Shown piece by piece: positions 18,802 to 28,644 of a DNA stretch of 64,000 bases (position 1 is its first letter; every line of letters begins with the position of its first letter). The DNA comes from Chitinophagaceae bacterium (GTDB lineage Bacteria > Bacteroidota > Bacteroidia > Chitinophagales > UBA10324). Position numbers and translations under genes: made by a program. Under the pieces are notes generated by a model. It was given only the letters and a program-made list of their open reading frames with translations, searched no databases and had not been told where the DNA came from. Location of the stretch: NCBI GenBank assembly GCA_947474435.1, contig CANJII010000002.1, positions 34,202 to 98,201 on the forward strand, in the 5' to 3' direction.

Positions 18802-19845
18802 ATGCGAATAAAAAAAATATTTATTTTAATGCTGTTAATCTCATTCGCTTCATTTGTGTCTGCACAAAAAGGGCATTTCGGTTTTGATACAATAACCAGA
18901 GGAACAGAATATTCATTTCCAGTTTTTCATTCTCCTGCTGATTCAATCGTTGAAATAAAAATCAATGTTTTTCTTCAGCTGTTTGAATTGCAGTTGCTGG
19001 CTGATAAAGATGAAACAAACCTATTCAAAGAATTGCGGATCACTGACGATTCAATAGTTTTTGGTGCAACCAGTTTGATATTTGAGGTAATTGAAAATTC
19101 AGATAAAATTTTATCGGTTGCTGTTTCGAAAGAGTGGTGTGGGGCATCTTGCAATCACTGGACAGCCTATTATAATTTTAATTCAGGGAATGGTGATATG
19201 ATGAGTATTTATGATTTTATTGAAAAAGATAAAATCAATATTGCCATTTCTGTTATTAACGGTAAGAGGACATTCAATTTTCTTAATCAATTAAAAAATT
19301 TAAATTCCGAACAGGCAATTGACACCACCGCAGTATTTAATGAAATAGACAATAGCAATCTTGATTTCTTCTATTTTAGAAACGACTCGTTGTTTATCAG
19401 CGATGAAGAATGCCTGTCTAAATTTGAAAAAGCATACTACGATCTGAATATGATTACCGGATTCAGTACCGCAGAATTAAAACCCTATTTAAATGAATAT
19501 GGAAAAACTGTTTTATCGATTTCAAAAAAAGATATTTCAAAATTCAGTGGAAATAAATTTCCACAATTGTATAAAGGCAAAACAAATGATTCAATTGAGT
19601 TCTATTTCACCTTCGATTTTTATTATGATTTTAACGGCTCCGGATTCATAGCAATGGAAAAAGAAAGAACGATACATTCTTTTGATGGTAGATTCGAAAA
19701 CAATAATTTCGATTTAACCGAACACGATAACAATTACTACGATGTTGGTTTTATTAAAGCTGCTTTAGTCAATGGAAAAATTATTGGCTCCTATAAAAGT
19801 GTGAACGGAAAAATCAATTATACTTTCTCAGCAACAAAAATGTAA
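18802..19845 (+). CDS. Hypothetical secreted protein (weak DUF3298/RsiV-like resemblance)
   Basis: 347 aa with a signal peptide. The segment CGASCNHWTAYYNFNSGNGDMMSIYDF resembles the DUF3298 core. The resemblance is weak. Confidence 0.5.
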   Translation: MRIKKIFILMLLISFASFVSAQKGHFGFDTITRGTEYSFPVFHSPADSIVEIKINVFLQLFELQLLADKDETNLFKELRITDDSIVFGATSLIFEVIENSDKILSVAVSKEWCGASCNHWTAYYNFNSGNGDMMSIYDFIEKDKINIAISVINGKRTFNFLNQLKNLNSEQAIDTTAVFNEIDNSNLDFFYFRNDSLFISDEECLSKFEKAYYDLNMITGFSTAELKPYLNEYGKTVLSISKKDISKFSGNKFPQLYKGKTNDSIEFYFTFDFYYDFNGSGFIAMEKERTIHSFDGRFENNNFDLTEHDNNYYDVGFIKAALVNGKIIGSYKSVNGKINYTFSATKM

Positions 19846-20120
19846 CAACTGTTTTATACACTTTTTCTTTTCAGATTTTTTAATACTTCTTTTAATTTAT
19901 TGAATTTGTTTCCTCATCTCATCAAACATAATAAAGTTCGGATTGATGTTTTGTTGGGTTGAAGGGAAATGTCAGAATCACAGATAAAACGAATTAAAAA
20001 TTTAAGCTGAATTATGATCACAGTAATATTTTCAATTTAATTCCTGTACCGATCAGCAAAAGTCATTTTTATACTAAGAATAAATTCCTTTACTTTGAGC
20101 ACATAGTTTTTTCGACAATC

Positions 20121-23100
20121 ATGAAGGTTCTGCGCATTTTAATTTTTCTGTTAATATCCGTTATTTCTTATAAAGCTGAAGCACAGGTAACAGCTGCATT
20201 TACTGTTAATTATACAAATCCAAACTGTGCCCCAACTTCGGTATTGTTTACCAATCAATCTACCGGAGCAGGAATTACTTACGAATGGAATTTCGGAGTT
20301 AATCCGGGTGTAAATTCAACACTGTTTTCACCATCAGCTTTATATTTAAATTGTGGTAATTTTATTGTCACATTAATTGTAACTGACGGTACTGATTCTG
20401 ATACTGCAACTCAAACCATCGATATTTTTTGCAGTCCGATAGCATCGTTAAATGCAAATCCGTTGAGTGGTTGTATTCCATTGAATGTTCAATTTACCAG
20501 TACCACCACAACTTTTTCATCACCTATCAGCACTTATTTCTGGGATTTTGGTGATGGCAACACCGGAAATTTTGCAAATACAAATCATACTTATTCAATC
20601 TCCGGATGTAAGAATGTAACCCTAATAGTCACCGATGCCAATGGTTGTAATGATGATACAACCATGACCAATCTTATTTGCGTAGATGACCAACCGGTTG
20701 CTTCTTTCACTTCAACTACAAATGTTTCGTGCAGCGCACCCTATACAATTGATTATACTAATTCCTCAACAGGTAATGGTGTTTTAAATTATCAATGGAT
20801 TTTTGCCGGCGGAACTCCGGCCACTTCTGTTCAAACAAACCCGTCAGTAACTTATAACACTCCCGGTATTTATGATGTAACGCTTATAGTCACAAATGCT
20901 TCAGGTTGCAGTGATACTTTAGTGCAAACAAATTTTGCAGCCATTGCAAGCAATACTGCAGATTTCACTCTGAGCTCAGCAAGCGGATGCATACCGTTTG
21001 TTTTAGATGTACAGGGTATTTCTTCAACACCACCATTAGCCTGGGATTGGACCACCACACCAAATGCAATTCCTGCAACAGCCAATACACAGAATGCACA
21101 ATTCACCTTTAACAGTGCAGGCAATTTTCAGGTTTGTTTGCAAATTACTTATCCCGGTGGATGCATCGCAAATAAATGTACTACGATAGTTGTATCAAAC
21201 TTTCCGCATGCAAATTTTACATTAACCGGAAATGTATATACCTGCACACCACCCCAAACAATTGATTATAACAATTCATCAACCGGTGGACCGGGATTGA
21301 GTTACAACTGGCAATTTCCAGGAGGCATTCCATCTTCCTGGAGTAACCCAAACCCACCCAATATAATTTATAATACTTGTGGAATTTATACAGCTACACT
21401 TACTGTAACCAATCCATCCGGTTGTTCTGATACTTATGTTTATGACAGCGCTGCCATAATTGATTGTCCGGTTTCAAGTTTTGTTTCTTTGCCAAATTAT
21501 GGGTGCAGCCCACTCAATACAAATTTTCTTTATACCGGTACAACCGGTTCTCCAACTAACTGGGAATGGACTTTTGGTGATCCGGCAAGTGGTGCTTTAA
21601 ATAGTTCAAATCTTCAAAACCCATCTCACACTTATATTACTGTTGGTTGTTATAATGTTAAATTAATTGTTAGCAATGCACAGGGATGTTCTGATACCAT
21701 TGTTCATCAAAATGAAGTTTGCGTAGGTACTAATCCGGATGCAAATTTTTCAGCTGACCCACCGGTTAGTTGCGCTTATCAGGAAATTGCTTTTACAGAT
21801 TTATCAACCGGTATTGATTCAACAACCACTTATCAATGGGATTTTATGGGAAGTCCTCCATTTGATATTATGAGTAACGCTTCTGATCCTACTTATTTAT
21901 ATCCTGATACAGGCTGGTTTGATGTAACTCTTGTATTGTGCAATAATGGTTGTTGCGATACACTCACTATTGATTCCATGGTAAATATTCTTCCGCCAAT
22001 CGCAGATTTTTTTATTGTCAGTTCCTGTGCCGATCCTAATACCATTACTTTGCATGGAGGAAGTTCAATTGCCGCAGACTCATTTATATGGAGTGTTCCT
22101 GGTGGAGTTTTTACATTGTTATCTGACTCTGTTATTTCCGTCAACTATCCGGCAAACGGATCTTACTCGGTTCAATTAATCGTACAGAATTTTCAAACCG
22201 GATGTTATGATACATCGAACCAAACAATAATTATTAATAATGTAATTGCTGATTTTATTGCCGATGATTCTATAGTTTGTTCTTCAGATCAGGTTTGTTT
22301 TACTAATCTGTCACAAAATGCAAGTTCTTATCAATGGGCTATTTATAATTCACTTGGAAATCAAATCTGGACCAATACCGGAATAAATCCCTGCCGCATT
22401 TTTAATTTTCCTGGGTTGTTTGATGTTGAATTGGTTGCAACAGACATCAATGGATGCACTGATACTTTATTTATTCCTCAATACATTATTGTCTATGGAT
22501 TGAATTTAAATTTTACAGGGATACCATTAAGCGGATGCATTCCATTGGCGGTTGATTTTTCAGCGGCGGTTACAAGTTCAGTTTCAACAGCAGCATCTTA
22601 TTTATGGAATTTCGGTGATACGACAAGTGGTGTTCTTGATACTTCTACATTTCAGAACCCAAATCATATTTATTATAACATTGGAAGTTATGATGTATCA
22701 TTAATTACATTGGATAATCATGGATGTTACGATACACTGATTGTTCCTCAATATGTCAATCCTTATCAACCCGATGTTTCATTTATCGCTCTTGATTCAA
22801 CCGTTTGTTTAGGCGAAAACACTTGCTTCTTCAATACTTCATTTGGTGGCAGTCTTTCGTACTTATGGGATTTTGGTGATAACACCACTTCAGTTCAATT
22901 TAATCCATGCCATACTTATTTAAGTGTTGGAGATTACACTGTGTCTTTAATTGGCACTGATACCTCAGGTTGTGCCGATACGCTGATTCGCACATTATAT
23001 ATTCATGTAACTGATCCACAAGCAAATTTTATTGCCGACAGTACTTACTCCAGTTGTCCGCCATTGCCTGTAAATTTCACAAGCACATCAACAGGTATTG

Positions 23101-25694
23101 ATGCAAGTACAACCTACGAATGGCTTTTTGGCGACGGATCAAACAGCAATGTTCAAAATCCATTTCACATCTATAACATTCCAGGGTTTTATGATGTTAC
23201 GCTTATCATTCACAATCAATATGGATGTGATGATACTTTGGTAATTGATTCCATGATTTCAATTACCGGCCCCACAGCAACAGTTTCCGTTACGCCAACA
23301 AGTGGTTGCAACCCATTAACGGTTTGTTTCATTGGCAATTCCAATACAACTACTTCTTATACATGGGATTTTGGCGATGGAAATGTTGTTCCGTTTGCCA
23401 ACGATAGTATTTGTTATGTTTATACTATTCCCGGCACATTTTATCCATCATTGATTTTGGATGACGGAGCTGGTTGTATCTATTCATTTCCTATTGATTC
23501 AATTGTTGCCGGTGGGCCCAATGTTTATTGGAATCCTGATATTCCATTCTTGTGTAATTCAGGAACTGTAACATTTAATGATTCAACATTTGGAATTTCT
23601 CCGATCACATCATGGTTCTGGACTTTTGGAGATTCAACAAGCGGACTTAATGATACCAGTATCCTACAAAATCCGTCGCATTTTTATGATACTATAGGAG
23701 TTTATATTGTAACACTTTTTGTAAATACACAAAATGGTTGCACCGGAATATTATCGGATACAGTAAATGTTTTTCCACCACCTGTAATTGGAATTATTGC
23801 CGACGATATTACACCTTGTTTAAATTCAATAGTCAGTTTTAATTATAACGCCACCCAAACAATAACCACCTGGCATTGGAATTTTGGCGATCCTTTAAGT
23901 GGTTCAAATGATTCATCTTCTATTTCAAATCCAACACATAATTTTTCTTCGGCTGGGAATTTTAATGTTACACTCATTGCATCCGGAATAGGTTCGTGTG
24001 CTGATACAACTGTGATAAATATAAATGTACTTGCTCTTCCAAATCCCAATGTAGCAGCCAATACTTTTGTTTGCCCGGGTAGCAGTACTCAACTTTCGTC
24101 GGCTAATGGCGTTTCTTATTCATGGTCACCTGCAAACTACCTTGATAACATAAATATTTCAAATCCTGTTTCAACCCCTTTAGCCAACATCACATATACT
24201 GTAACTATAACTGATGTTAACGGGTGTATAAATTCCGATAGTGTTTCGGTTTCCATTTTTAATGCTCCTGTAATTTCTGCCACTTCTTTGGCAAGTGATA
24301 CAACTTGCTCAGGTGTGGCTATTCAATTATCAGCAGCAGGTGGAGTACAATATGTTTGGCAACCAACCGCAGTGTTAAACAACAATACACTCCAAAACCC
24401 CACCGCAACAATTTTTAACAACAGCACTTTTACAGTAACAGGTACAGATGCAAATGGTTGCACCGGAACAGACACTACAACAATAATTGTGTTGCCAAAT
24501 CCTATAATGAGCGGTGGATCAAATGCTACTATTTGTTTTGGAAATTCAGCTCAACTTAATGCCACCGGAGGCATTAATTATTTCTGGTCACCTTCAGTTG
24601 GATTAAGTAATACTTCTATTCCAAATCCAATTGCAAATCCAATTATTACTTCAACCTATACTGTTACAACAATTGATAGTAATAATTGCAGTGGCACTGC
24701 AAATGTTATTGTTACTGTTAATCCATTGCCCAATGCAAATGCAGGAACTGATGATACAATTTGCATAAGTTTCTCCAATCAATTAAATGCAAGCGGCGGT
24801 GTTTTTTACAATTGGCAACCGGCAACTTATTTAGATAACAATTTAATTTCTAATCCAAATTGCACTCCATTAACGAACATAACTTACACCGTTACAGTAA
24901 CCGATGCAAATACTTGTTCGGCACAGGATTCAGTGGTGATAAATGTTTTGCCACCCCCGGTATTTAATGCATGGGGTGATACAACAATATGTCAATTGCA
25001 AGCAGTTCAGCTTTTTGCAAATGGTGGCACATCTTATTCCTGGAGTCCGACATTAAGTTTAACCAGCCCGAATGCCTCTAATACATTTGCCACGCCTTTG
25101 GCAACAACTGTTTACTCCGTAATTATTACGGATGATGTGTGTGAAGCAAGTGATACACTACAAGTAATAATTACCATTGAACCAATTCCGGACGCATATG
25201 CCGGACCTGATGTATCAATAATTGCCGGAGAAAGTTATACCATAAATGCTGATGCTTCCGGAAATTTTACATGGAACCCTCCGCTTGGTTTGAGTTGTAC
25301 TGACTGTGAAGATCCAGTTGCAACTCCCCTTGAAAACACAACTTACACCCTCACAGCTGAAAATGATTTTGGTTGCCGTGCAGAAGATTCAATGGTGATA
25401 ATGGTAACCTGCAGTGATAATATTTTATACATTCCGAATGTTTTTTCTCCAAATGGAAACGGAAAAAATGATGTATTCAAAGTTCGATCATCAGGAATAC
25501 GCGAATTAAATTTTTTAAGAGTGTATGATCGTTGGGGCGAATTGGTTTTTGAAACTTCAGATCAAAACATTGGATGGAATGGAACCTATAAAGGCGCACC
25601 ACTACCTCCTGCAGTTTATGTGTTTTACTTAAAAGCAGTTTGTGGTGAAGGGTTTATTATTGAACGACATGGAAATGTTACATTAGTAAGATAA
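20121..25694 (+). CDS. Giant PKD-repeat surface protein with T9SS type B (gliding-motility-associated) C-terminal domain
   Basis: 1857 aa with a signal peptide. It has more than 12 PKD-like repeats (WDFGDG..S...NP.H.Y...G.Y.V.L) and about 8 Ig-like C.G....L.A.GG..Y.W.P repeats. The C-terminus YIPNVFSPNGNGKNDVFKV is a CHU_C/type B sorting domain. Confidence 0.9.
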   Translation: MKVLRILIFLLISVISYKAEAQVTAAFTVNYTNPNCAPTSVLFTNQSTGAGITYEWNFGVNPGVNSTLFSPSALYLNCGNFIVTLIVTDGTDSDTATQTIDIFCSPIASLNANPLSGCIPLNVQFTSTTTTFSSPISTYFWDFGDGNTGNFANTNHTYSISGCKNVTLIVTDANGCNDDTTMTNLICVDDQPVASFTSTTNVSCSAPYTIDYTNSSTGNGVLNYQWIFAGGTPATSVQTNPSVTYNTPGIYDVTLIVTNASGCSDTLVQTNFAAIASNTADFTLSSASGCIPFVLDVQGISSTPPLAWDWTTTPNAIPATANTQNAQFTFNSAGNFQVCLQITYPGGCIANKCTTIVVSNFPHANFTLTGNVYTCTPPQTIDYNNSSTGGPGLSYNWQFPGGIPSSWSNPNPPNIIYNTCGIYTATLTVTNPSGCSDTYVYDSAAIIDCPVSSFVSLPNYGCSPLNTNFLYTGTTGSPTNWEWTFGDPASGALNSSNLQNPSHTYITVGCYNVKLIVSNAQGCSDTIVHQNEVCVGTNPDANFSADPPVSCAYQEIAFTDLSTGIDSTTTYQWDFMGSPPFDIMSNASDPTYLYPDTGWFDVTLVLCNNGCCDTLTIDSMVNILPPIADFFIVSSCADPNTITLHGGSSIAADSFIWSVPGGVFTLLSDSVISVNYPANGSYSVQLIVQNFQTGCYDTSNQTIIINNVIADFIADDSIVCSSDQVCFTNLSQNASSYQWAIYNSLGNQIWTNTGINPCRIFNFPGLFDVELVATDINGCTDTLFIPQYIIVYGLNLNFTGIPLSGCIPLAVDFSAAVTSSVSTAASYLWNFGDTTSGVLDTSTFQNPNHIYYNIGSYDVSLITLDNHGCYDTLIVPQYVNPYQPDVSFIALDSTVCLGENTCFFNTSFGGSLSYLWDFGDNTTSVQFNPCHTYLSVGDYTVSLIGTDTSGCADTLIRTLYIHVTDPQANFIADSTYSSCPPLPVNFTSTSTGIDASTTYEWLFGDGSNSNVQNPFHIYNIPGFYDVTLIIHNQYGCDDTLVIDSMISITGPTATVSVTPTSGCNPLTVCFIGNSNTTTSYTWDFGDGNVVPFANDSICYVYTIPGTFYPSLILDDGAGCIYSFPIDSIVAGGPNVYWNPDIPFLCNSGTVTFNDSTFGISPITSWFWTFGDSTSGLNDTSILQNPSHFYDTIGVYIVTLFVNTQNGCTGILSDTVNVFPPPVIGIIADDITPCLNSIVSFNYNATQTITTWHWNFGDPLSGSNDSSSISNPTHNFSSAGNFNVTLIASGIGSCADTTVININVLALPNPNVAANTFVCPGSSTQLSSANGVSYSWSPANYLDNINISNPVSTPLANITYTVTITDVNGCINSDSVSVSIFNAPVISATSLASDTTCSGVAIQLSAAGGVQYVWQPTAVLNNNTLQNPTATIFNNSTFTVTGTDANGCTGTDTTTIIVLPNPIMSGGSNATICFGNSAQLNATGGINYFWSPSVGLSNTSIPNPIANPIITSTYTVTTIDSNNCSGTANVIVTVNPLPNANAGTDDTICISFSNQLNASGGVFYNWQPATYLDNNLISNPNCTPLTNITYTVTVTDANTCSAQDSVVINVLPPPVFNAWGDTTICQLQAVQLFANGGTSYSWSPTLSLTSPNASNTFATPLATTVYSVIITDDVCEASDTLQVIITIEPIPDAYAGPDVSIIAGESYTINADASGNFTWNPPLGLSCTDCEDPVATPLENTTYTLTAENDFGCRAEDSMVIMVTCSDNILYIPNVFSPNGNGKNDVFKVRSSGIRELNFLRVYDRWGELVFETSDQNIGWNGTYKGAPLPPAVYVFYLKAVCGEGFIIERHGNVTLVR

Positions 25695-25755
25695 TAGCTA
25701 ATCTGATTTGATAAAAGATTGTAAAAAGTAAAAACTGATTTAAATAGAATTTTAA

Positions 25756-26757
25756 ATGCTGAGAATATCAAAACTTTTTATAACCATACTTTTTTCTTTG
25801 CTGTTGTTTAACACATCGGCACAGGACATACATTTCACACAATTTTATGCAGCTCCGCTACAAATAAATCCCGCCAAAACAGGATTTATCACCGGCGATT
25901 ATCGCTTAGCTGCCAGTTATCGCAATCAATGGTCAAGCGTTACTATTCCTTATGTAACAGCAATAGGAAGCATGGAACTTTCTTTTACCACCGGAAAAAA
26001 AAAGAAAGATATTTTCGGAACCGGTTTTATGTTATTTAATGATAAAGCAGGTGACTCTCGCTTCAATACTACATACATCGGAATACCGCTTGCCCTTAAT
26101 TTTTCAATAGATAAATTCAACAAGCAATATTTTGGAATTGGAATAATGGGTGCTTATTGTTTAAGTAATATAAGTTACGATCAACTTCGCTGGGATGAGC
26201 AATACGAAGGCGGAACATTTACTGAAGTGTTTCCGATTGGAACAAATGATTTTTACGATGTATCAGCTGGTTTGGAATACAATACATTGATTGATAAATC
26301 AAATAATTTTACTGCCGGTGTTGCAGTTTATCATTTGTTAAAACCGAATCAAACATTTAATGATGATGCATCATCAAGAGTTTTCAGAAAACTGATTGTC
26401 AATGCAGGAGCCAACCTTGGCATGGGAAATAAATTTTCTGCCTATCCGAAACTGATGTATGTAAGGCAAGGTCCGTATCAGGAAATAATAGTTGGATACC
26501 TGCAACGGTATAGTTTAAATTATAATTACCTGAATGATTATGGAATTTATTTTGGTGCCATGATGCGTTGGGACGATGCATTTATTTTTGTTACAAAACT
26601 CGACCTCAATAAATTTTCGATGGGAATATCTTATGATGTTAATTTCAGCCGGCTTGCTTTAGTAAGTAAAGGAAGAGGTGGTCCTGAAATTTCAGTGATG
26701 TACACCAATCATATTCCCGGTATGCATAAAAAGAAAATTTTCTGTCCGCGATTTTAA
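25756..26757 (+). CDS. PorP/SprF family T9SS membrane protein
   Basis: 333 aa. QDIHFTQFYAAPLQINPAKTG and YRNQW motifs are typical of PorP/SprF. It lies immediately downstream of a type B cargo gene. Confidence 0.85.
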   Translation: MLRISKLFITILFSLLLFNTSAQDIHFTQFYAAPLQINPAKTGFITGDYRLAASYRNQWSSVTIPYVTAIGSMELSFTTGKKKKDIFGTGFMLFNDKAGDSRFNTTYIGIPLALNFSIDKFNKQYFGIGIMGAYCLSNISYDQLRWDEQYEGGTFTEVFPIGTNDFYDVSAGLEYNTLIDKSNNFTAGVAVYHLLKPNQTFNDDASSRVFRKLIVNAGANLGMGNKFSAYPKLMYVRQGPYQEIIVGYLQRYSLNYNYLNDYGIYFGAMMRWDDAFIFVTKLDLNKFSMGISYDVNFSRLALVSKGRGGPEISVMYTNHIPGMHKKKIFCPRF

Positions 26758-26833
26758 TAACGGTTTTTCAAGCACACTTTATTTTGTTAAATATTGGTTA
26801 AACAATTTTTAGGAGCCAGGAAAAACAAATTCG

Positions 26834-27529
26834 CTACTCCACAAACTTATATCCCACACCTCTGATTGAAAAAAAGTGTTTTGGATTGCGCGAATCTTTT
26901 TCAAAGTATCTGCGGAAAGCAAGAATGAAATTATCAATGGTGCGGGTGCTTGGTGTTACATCATAGCCCCATGCGGTTTGTAAAATATGCTGGCGCGACA
27001 CCACTTGATTCTTCCGGTCGATTAATAATTTTAAGAGCGCCGCTTCTTTTTGTGTAAGCTGAATTTTTTTTCCACTTGTTCCTTTTGCAGTGAAAGTTTT
27101 AAAATCAACCATGCAATTTCCAAACTCAACGGTTGCTGATTTTTTATCCTTGCCGGTTCCTTTCAAACTGTGCTTCACTAATATCTTTACACGAAGCAAC
27201 AATTCTTCAAGGTTAAATGGTTTGGTTAGATAATCATCTGCTCCAAGTTTCAATCCCATCACTTTATCTTCATGCGTATCTTTTGCAGTGAGAAATAATA
27301 TGGGAGTTTCAGAATCTGATAACCGTATTTTCTCGCACACCTGAAAACCATCCATCTCCGGCATCATAACATCGAGTATGATTAAATTAAATCGTTGCTC
27401 TTTAAAAATTTTCAAGGCATCAATTCCATTGGTGGCACTCACTACTTCATAATCTTCCATTTCAAGATTCATGCGAATGGCATCGAGTAAACTCTTCTCG
27501 TCTTCAACAACTAAAATTCTGTTAAGCAT
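26834..27529 (-). CDS. OmpR-family response regulator
   Basis: 231 aa with a receiver domain (ILDVMMPEMDG, KP) and a winged-helix C-terminus (IRGVGYKF). Confidence 0.9.
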   Translation of the reverse strand: MLNRILVVEDEKSLLDAIRMNLEMEDYEVVSATNGIDALKIFKEQRFNLIILDVMMPEMDGFQVCEKIRLSDSETPILFLTAKDTHEDKVMGLKLGADDYLTKPFNLEELLLRVKILVKHSLKGTGKDKKSATVEFGNCMVDFKTFTAKGTSGKKIQLTQKEAALLKLLIDRKNQVVSRQHILQTAWGYDVTPSTRTIDNFILAFRRYFEKDSRNPKHFFSIRGVGYKFVE

Positions 27530-27571
27530 GTGATGTTGATTTAAAAGTGAACAAAATTTTTAACAAACTAA

Positions 27572-28570
27572 TCATGTCAACTGTGCTTTTGGTAAACTGA
27601 TTTCGAACACAGTTCCTTTCGGTGAATTGTTTTTTACTTCCACTTTTCCTTTTAACAATTTCAGTAACTCTTTTACCATGTATAATCCAAGCCCGGTTCC
27701 TGTTGTGCTGCGGGTGTCTTCGTTACCTACTCTGTAAAACTTGCTGAATATCTTTTGCTTTTCTGCATCCGGAATTCCAAACCCATCATCGGCAACTGCA
27801 AGCACCACATCATTTACATCTTCATACAAATGACAATGAATGGTAGCTCCTTCGGGAGTGTATTTTATAGCATTGTCAATCAAATTGTTTACGATGGTTT
27901 GAAGGGCGAGTGTATCACCACTCACCAATAAATTTGGCTGAATGGTAAATTCTATTTTTTTTCGGGAAGAATAAACCATGCTCGACTTACTGAAAATTTC
28001 GTCAGTGATATCAGAAATATTGCACAACTCAAAAGCAGGCTGGTAGGTGTGGTCCTCTATCCGTGCAGAAAGCAATAAATTATCAACTAAAATTTTTAAT
28101 CGCTCAACATCATTCAAACTGTTTGCTATCAGTTTGAAATATTTTTCATCGTCCAGTTTATTTCGTTTCATTAATGTTTGCAACGAAAGTTTTGTTGACG
28201 ACAACGGACTTTTCAATTCATGTGTAATTGATAGCAGAAAGTTTTTCTGCCGGCGATTCAATTCCATTTCTTTTGTGAGTGTTCTGAATAACTGAAAAGT
28301 TCCCGCCATTAATAGTATCATCATCACCACGGCTTCACTCAAAATCATGCGCCTTTGCTGCGCATATTCTTTTTCCAAAGATTGAATTCGCATTTCATTC
28401 AATAGAGTTTTTTGCGAATCCAGCTGCAACGAATTTTGTAATTCAATGGATGCGCGTTCATGAATAAATGCATCGTTGTTTTTTTCAAGTAATAAAATAG
28501 TCCACCAGCTGAATGAGATAAACATATAAATCACCATCACATAAAATAAAATCACTGAGCCTTTTCTCAT
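27572..28570 (-). CDS. Sensor histidine kinase
   Basis: 332 aa with two TM segments, an H-box (SITHELKSPL), and N/G boxes (DNAIKYT, DDGFGIP, GTGLGLYMV). Confidence 0.9.
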   Translation of the reverse strand: MRKGSVILFYVMVIYMFISFSWWTILLLEKNNDAFIHERASIELQNSLQLDSQKTLLNEMRIQSLEKEYAQQRRMILSEAVVMMILLMAGTFQLFRTLTKEMELNRRQKNFLLSITHELKSPLSSTKLSLQTLMKRNKLDDEKYFKLIANSLNDVERLKILVDNLLLSARIEDHTYQPAFELCNISDITDEIFSKSSMVYSSRKKIEFTIQPNLLVSGDTLALQTIVNNLIDNAIKYTPEGATIHCHLYEDVNDVVLAVADDGFGIPDAEKQKIFSKFYRVGNEDTRSTTGTGLGLYMVKELLKLLKGKVEVKNNSPKGTVFEISLPKAQLT

Positions 28571-28644
28571 GCAACTAACTTAAAACTTGTTTGTGAAGAA
28601 TACTTATTTCTGGAATGAAACTGACAGGAAGATGACAAATCATT

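Noticed and set aside
20121-25694. Internal repetition of the giant gene, considered as a sign of mobile or recently duplicated DNA.
   Set aside because: The repeats are diverged at the DNA level and correspond to PKD and Ig-like protein domains, which is ordinary adhesin architecture.
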